A DNA stretch of 63,624 nt, counting the filler, from Octopus bimaculoides (lineage: Eukaryota), in NCBI RefSeq assembly GCF_001194135.2. It is 9 parts of 8 records of this genome, joined end to end, with 100 filler letters (N's around TTAATTAATTAA, not from the genome) between each part and the next. Parts side by side here need not be neighbours in the genome. Positions count along the whole stretch, not along the records: positions 59,354 to 62,459 come from NW_026308203.1; positions 62,560 to 63,624 come from NC_068982.1; 7 more parts are not named here. The stretch is one strand, 5' to 3'. Shown here piece after piece: positions 62,370 through 63,624 of the stretch. The notes beneath the pieces are model-generated. The model ran no database searches. It was not told the origin of the DNA and saw only the letters and a program-made list of their open reading frames with translations. Made by a program: the position numbers and the translations under genes. The first letter of the stretch is position 1, and every line of letters begins with the position of its first letter.

Positions 62370-62559
62370 CTGAAATAAATCTGTTTTCTGTTTCTCTGTG
62401 TTGTTTTTTGTTTTATTTTTTTTCAGCATAATCTGTTAATCTATTATGAATACTTAAAGNNNNNNNNNNNNNNNNNNNNNNNNNNNNNNNNNNNNNNNNN
62501 NNNTTAATTAATTAANNNNNNNNNNNNNNNNNNNNNNNNNNNNNNNNNNNNNNNNNNNN

Positions 62560-62612
<53 letters not shown>

Positions 62613-62837
62613 TACATTTAAACACATAAGAGGTATCCCTCATAGGATCCCCTCACGCTAGAAAGAACAGCTAAGTTCCAAACCACTATTAGGGATAAAA
62701 TTTCGAAAGGAATGAAAAATAAAAACATTTACCATTTTGCTTTCGAAATTTTATCCCAAATAGTGGTTTGGAACTTAGCTGTTCTTTCTAGCGCGAGGGA
62801 ATCCTATGAGGGATACCTCTTATGTGTTTAAATGTAC
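62613..62837. mobile_element. Young foldback MITE, near-perfect hairpin (roughly 97-bp arms)
   Basis: 62613-62709 versus 62740-62837 are reverse complements with only a few mismatches; 30-nt loop; TA at both ends. Confidence 0.85.
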
Positions 62838-62941
62838 ACTGTATTTATATGAATAATATATAGTGTATGGACTAAATATTTACACGCTAGGCCACTGGTA
62901 GTAGATATTTCTAATATTCTATTACCCTTCGATATTATTAA

Positions 62942-63001
<60 letters not shown>

Positions 63002-63039
63002 ATACGTATATATGTGTGTGTGTGTATATGTGTGCGTGA

Positions 63040-63360
63040 CGCTGTTTGTCTCTGAACACCGCTTAACGACCGTTGTGGGTGTGTATACATCCATGTAATT
63101 TAGAGGTTCGACAAAACACAGAGATAGAATATATGTATCAGGTTTTTAAAAAAATAGTTCTGGTGTAGATTCGACTAAAATTCCTGAGAGAGTACCCCCA
63201 ACGTGGCTCGCAGTCAAATGGGTGAAACAAGTAAAAGATAAAAGACAAAAGATTTAGCGATTGTAGGCAGTGAATTTGTTGTGTCTGTAGAACACTGAAC
63301 AAACCGCTTTGCAGAATTTATGCAAGCTTCTTTCGTTCTGAGTTCAACTCCCACCGTGCC
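63040..63360. mobile_element. SINE family A 3' half (+) followed by a SINE family B fragment (-)
   Basis: ...cgcagtcaaatgggtgaaacaagtaaaagataaaag, then gttctgagttcaactcccaccg-related sequence. Confidence 0.6.
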
Positions 63361-63624
63361 CCACCTCCCTATTTTTTTTTTTTTTTCGCAGTAAGCAAAA
63401 TGAGTCACCCAGTTTAAAACCTTTGTCTGTTCCCTTAGGAACAGGCATTCAGATCAGGTCTCTCGTTTGAGGGTATATTCCTCTCTCCTTCCTTTTTTCC
63501 AGTCTCAGAGACCTTGAAAAGAATTATAGGCACAGCTCTACGTTCCTACATAATCAAATAATAAAAAACAACATAGAAGGAACCACGAAACAAATGTTAC
63601 GATATCGGATATCATAGTGGAAAT

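Overview
Eukaryotic animal genomic DNA: AT-rich, saturated with microsatellites, many N gaps. The SINE and microsatellite make-up and the gap style suggest an octopod cephalopod draft assembly (inference). Two host genes are supported. (1) A plus-strand multi-exon gene fragment: one 99-nt EGF exon, a probable 79-nt linker exon and three 72-nt phase-2 LRR exons, which join in frame as EGF-linker-LRR-LRR-LRR. The LRR exons also share flanking intron sequence, indicating serial exon duplication. (2) One minus-strand thymidylate synthase (TYMS) exon with no other TYMS exon visible in the window. The rest is transposon-derived: two Penelope-like GIY-YIG fragments, a Dong/R4 RLE LINE in (TTA)n, a Tx1/L1 fragment with a 5' inversion, a CR1/L2-like 3' end, a decayed piggyBac, two mariner remnants, several foldback/MITE elements and many SINEs. 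The most interesting unexplained signals are hammerhead ribozyme motifs. One has an intact core inside an inverted repeat whose other arm is antisense to half of it (56764-57006). One lies behind a tRNA-derived Pol III promoter in a Penelope 3' repeat (27487-27686). One has a roughly 130-nt structured loop II (2851-3010). Two unrelated repeats also share an H-type pseudoknot topology. All structures were read by eye; no folding or database search was run.
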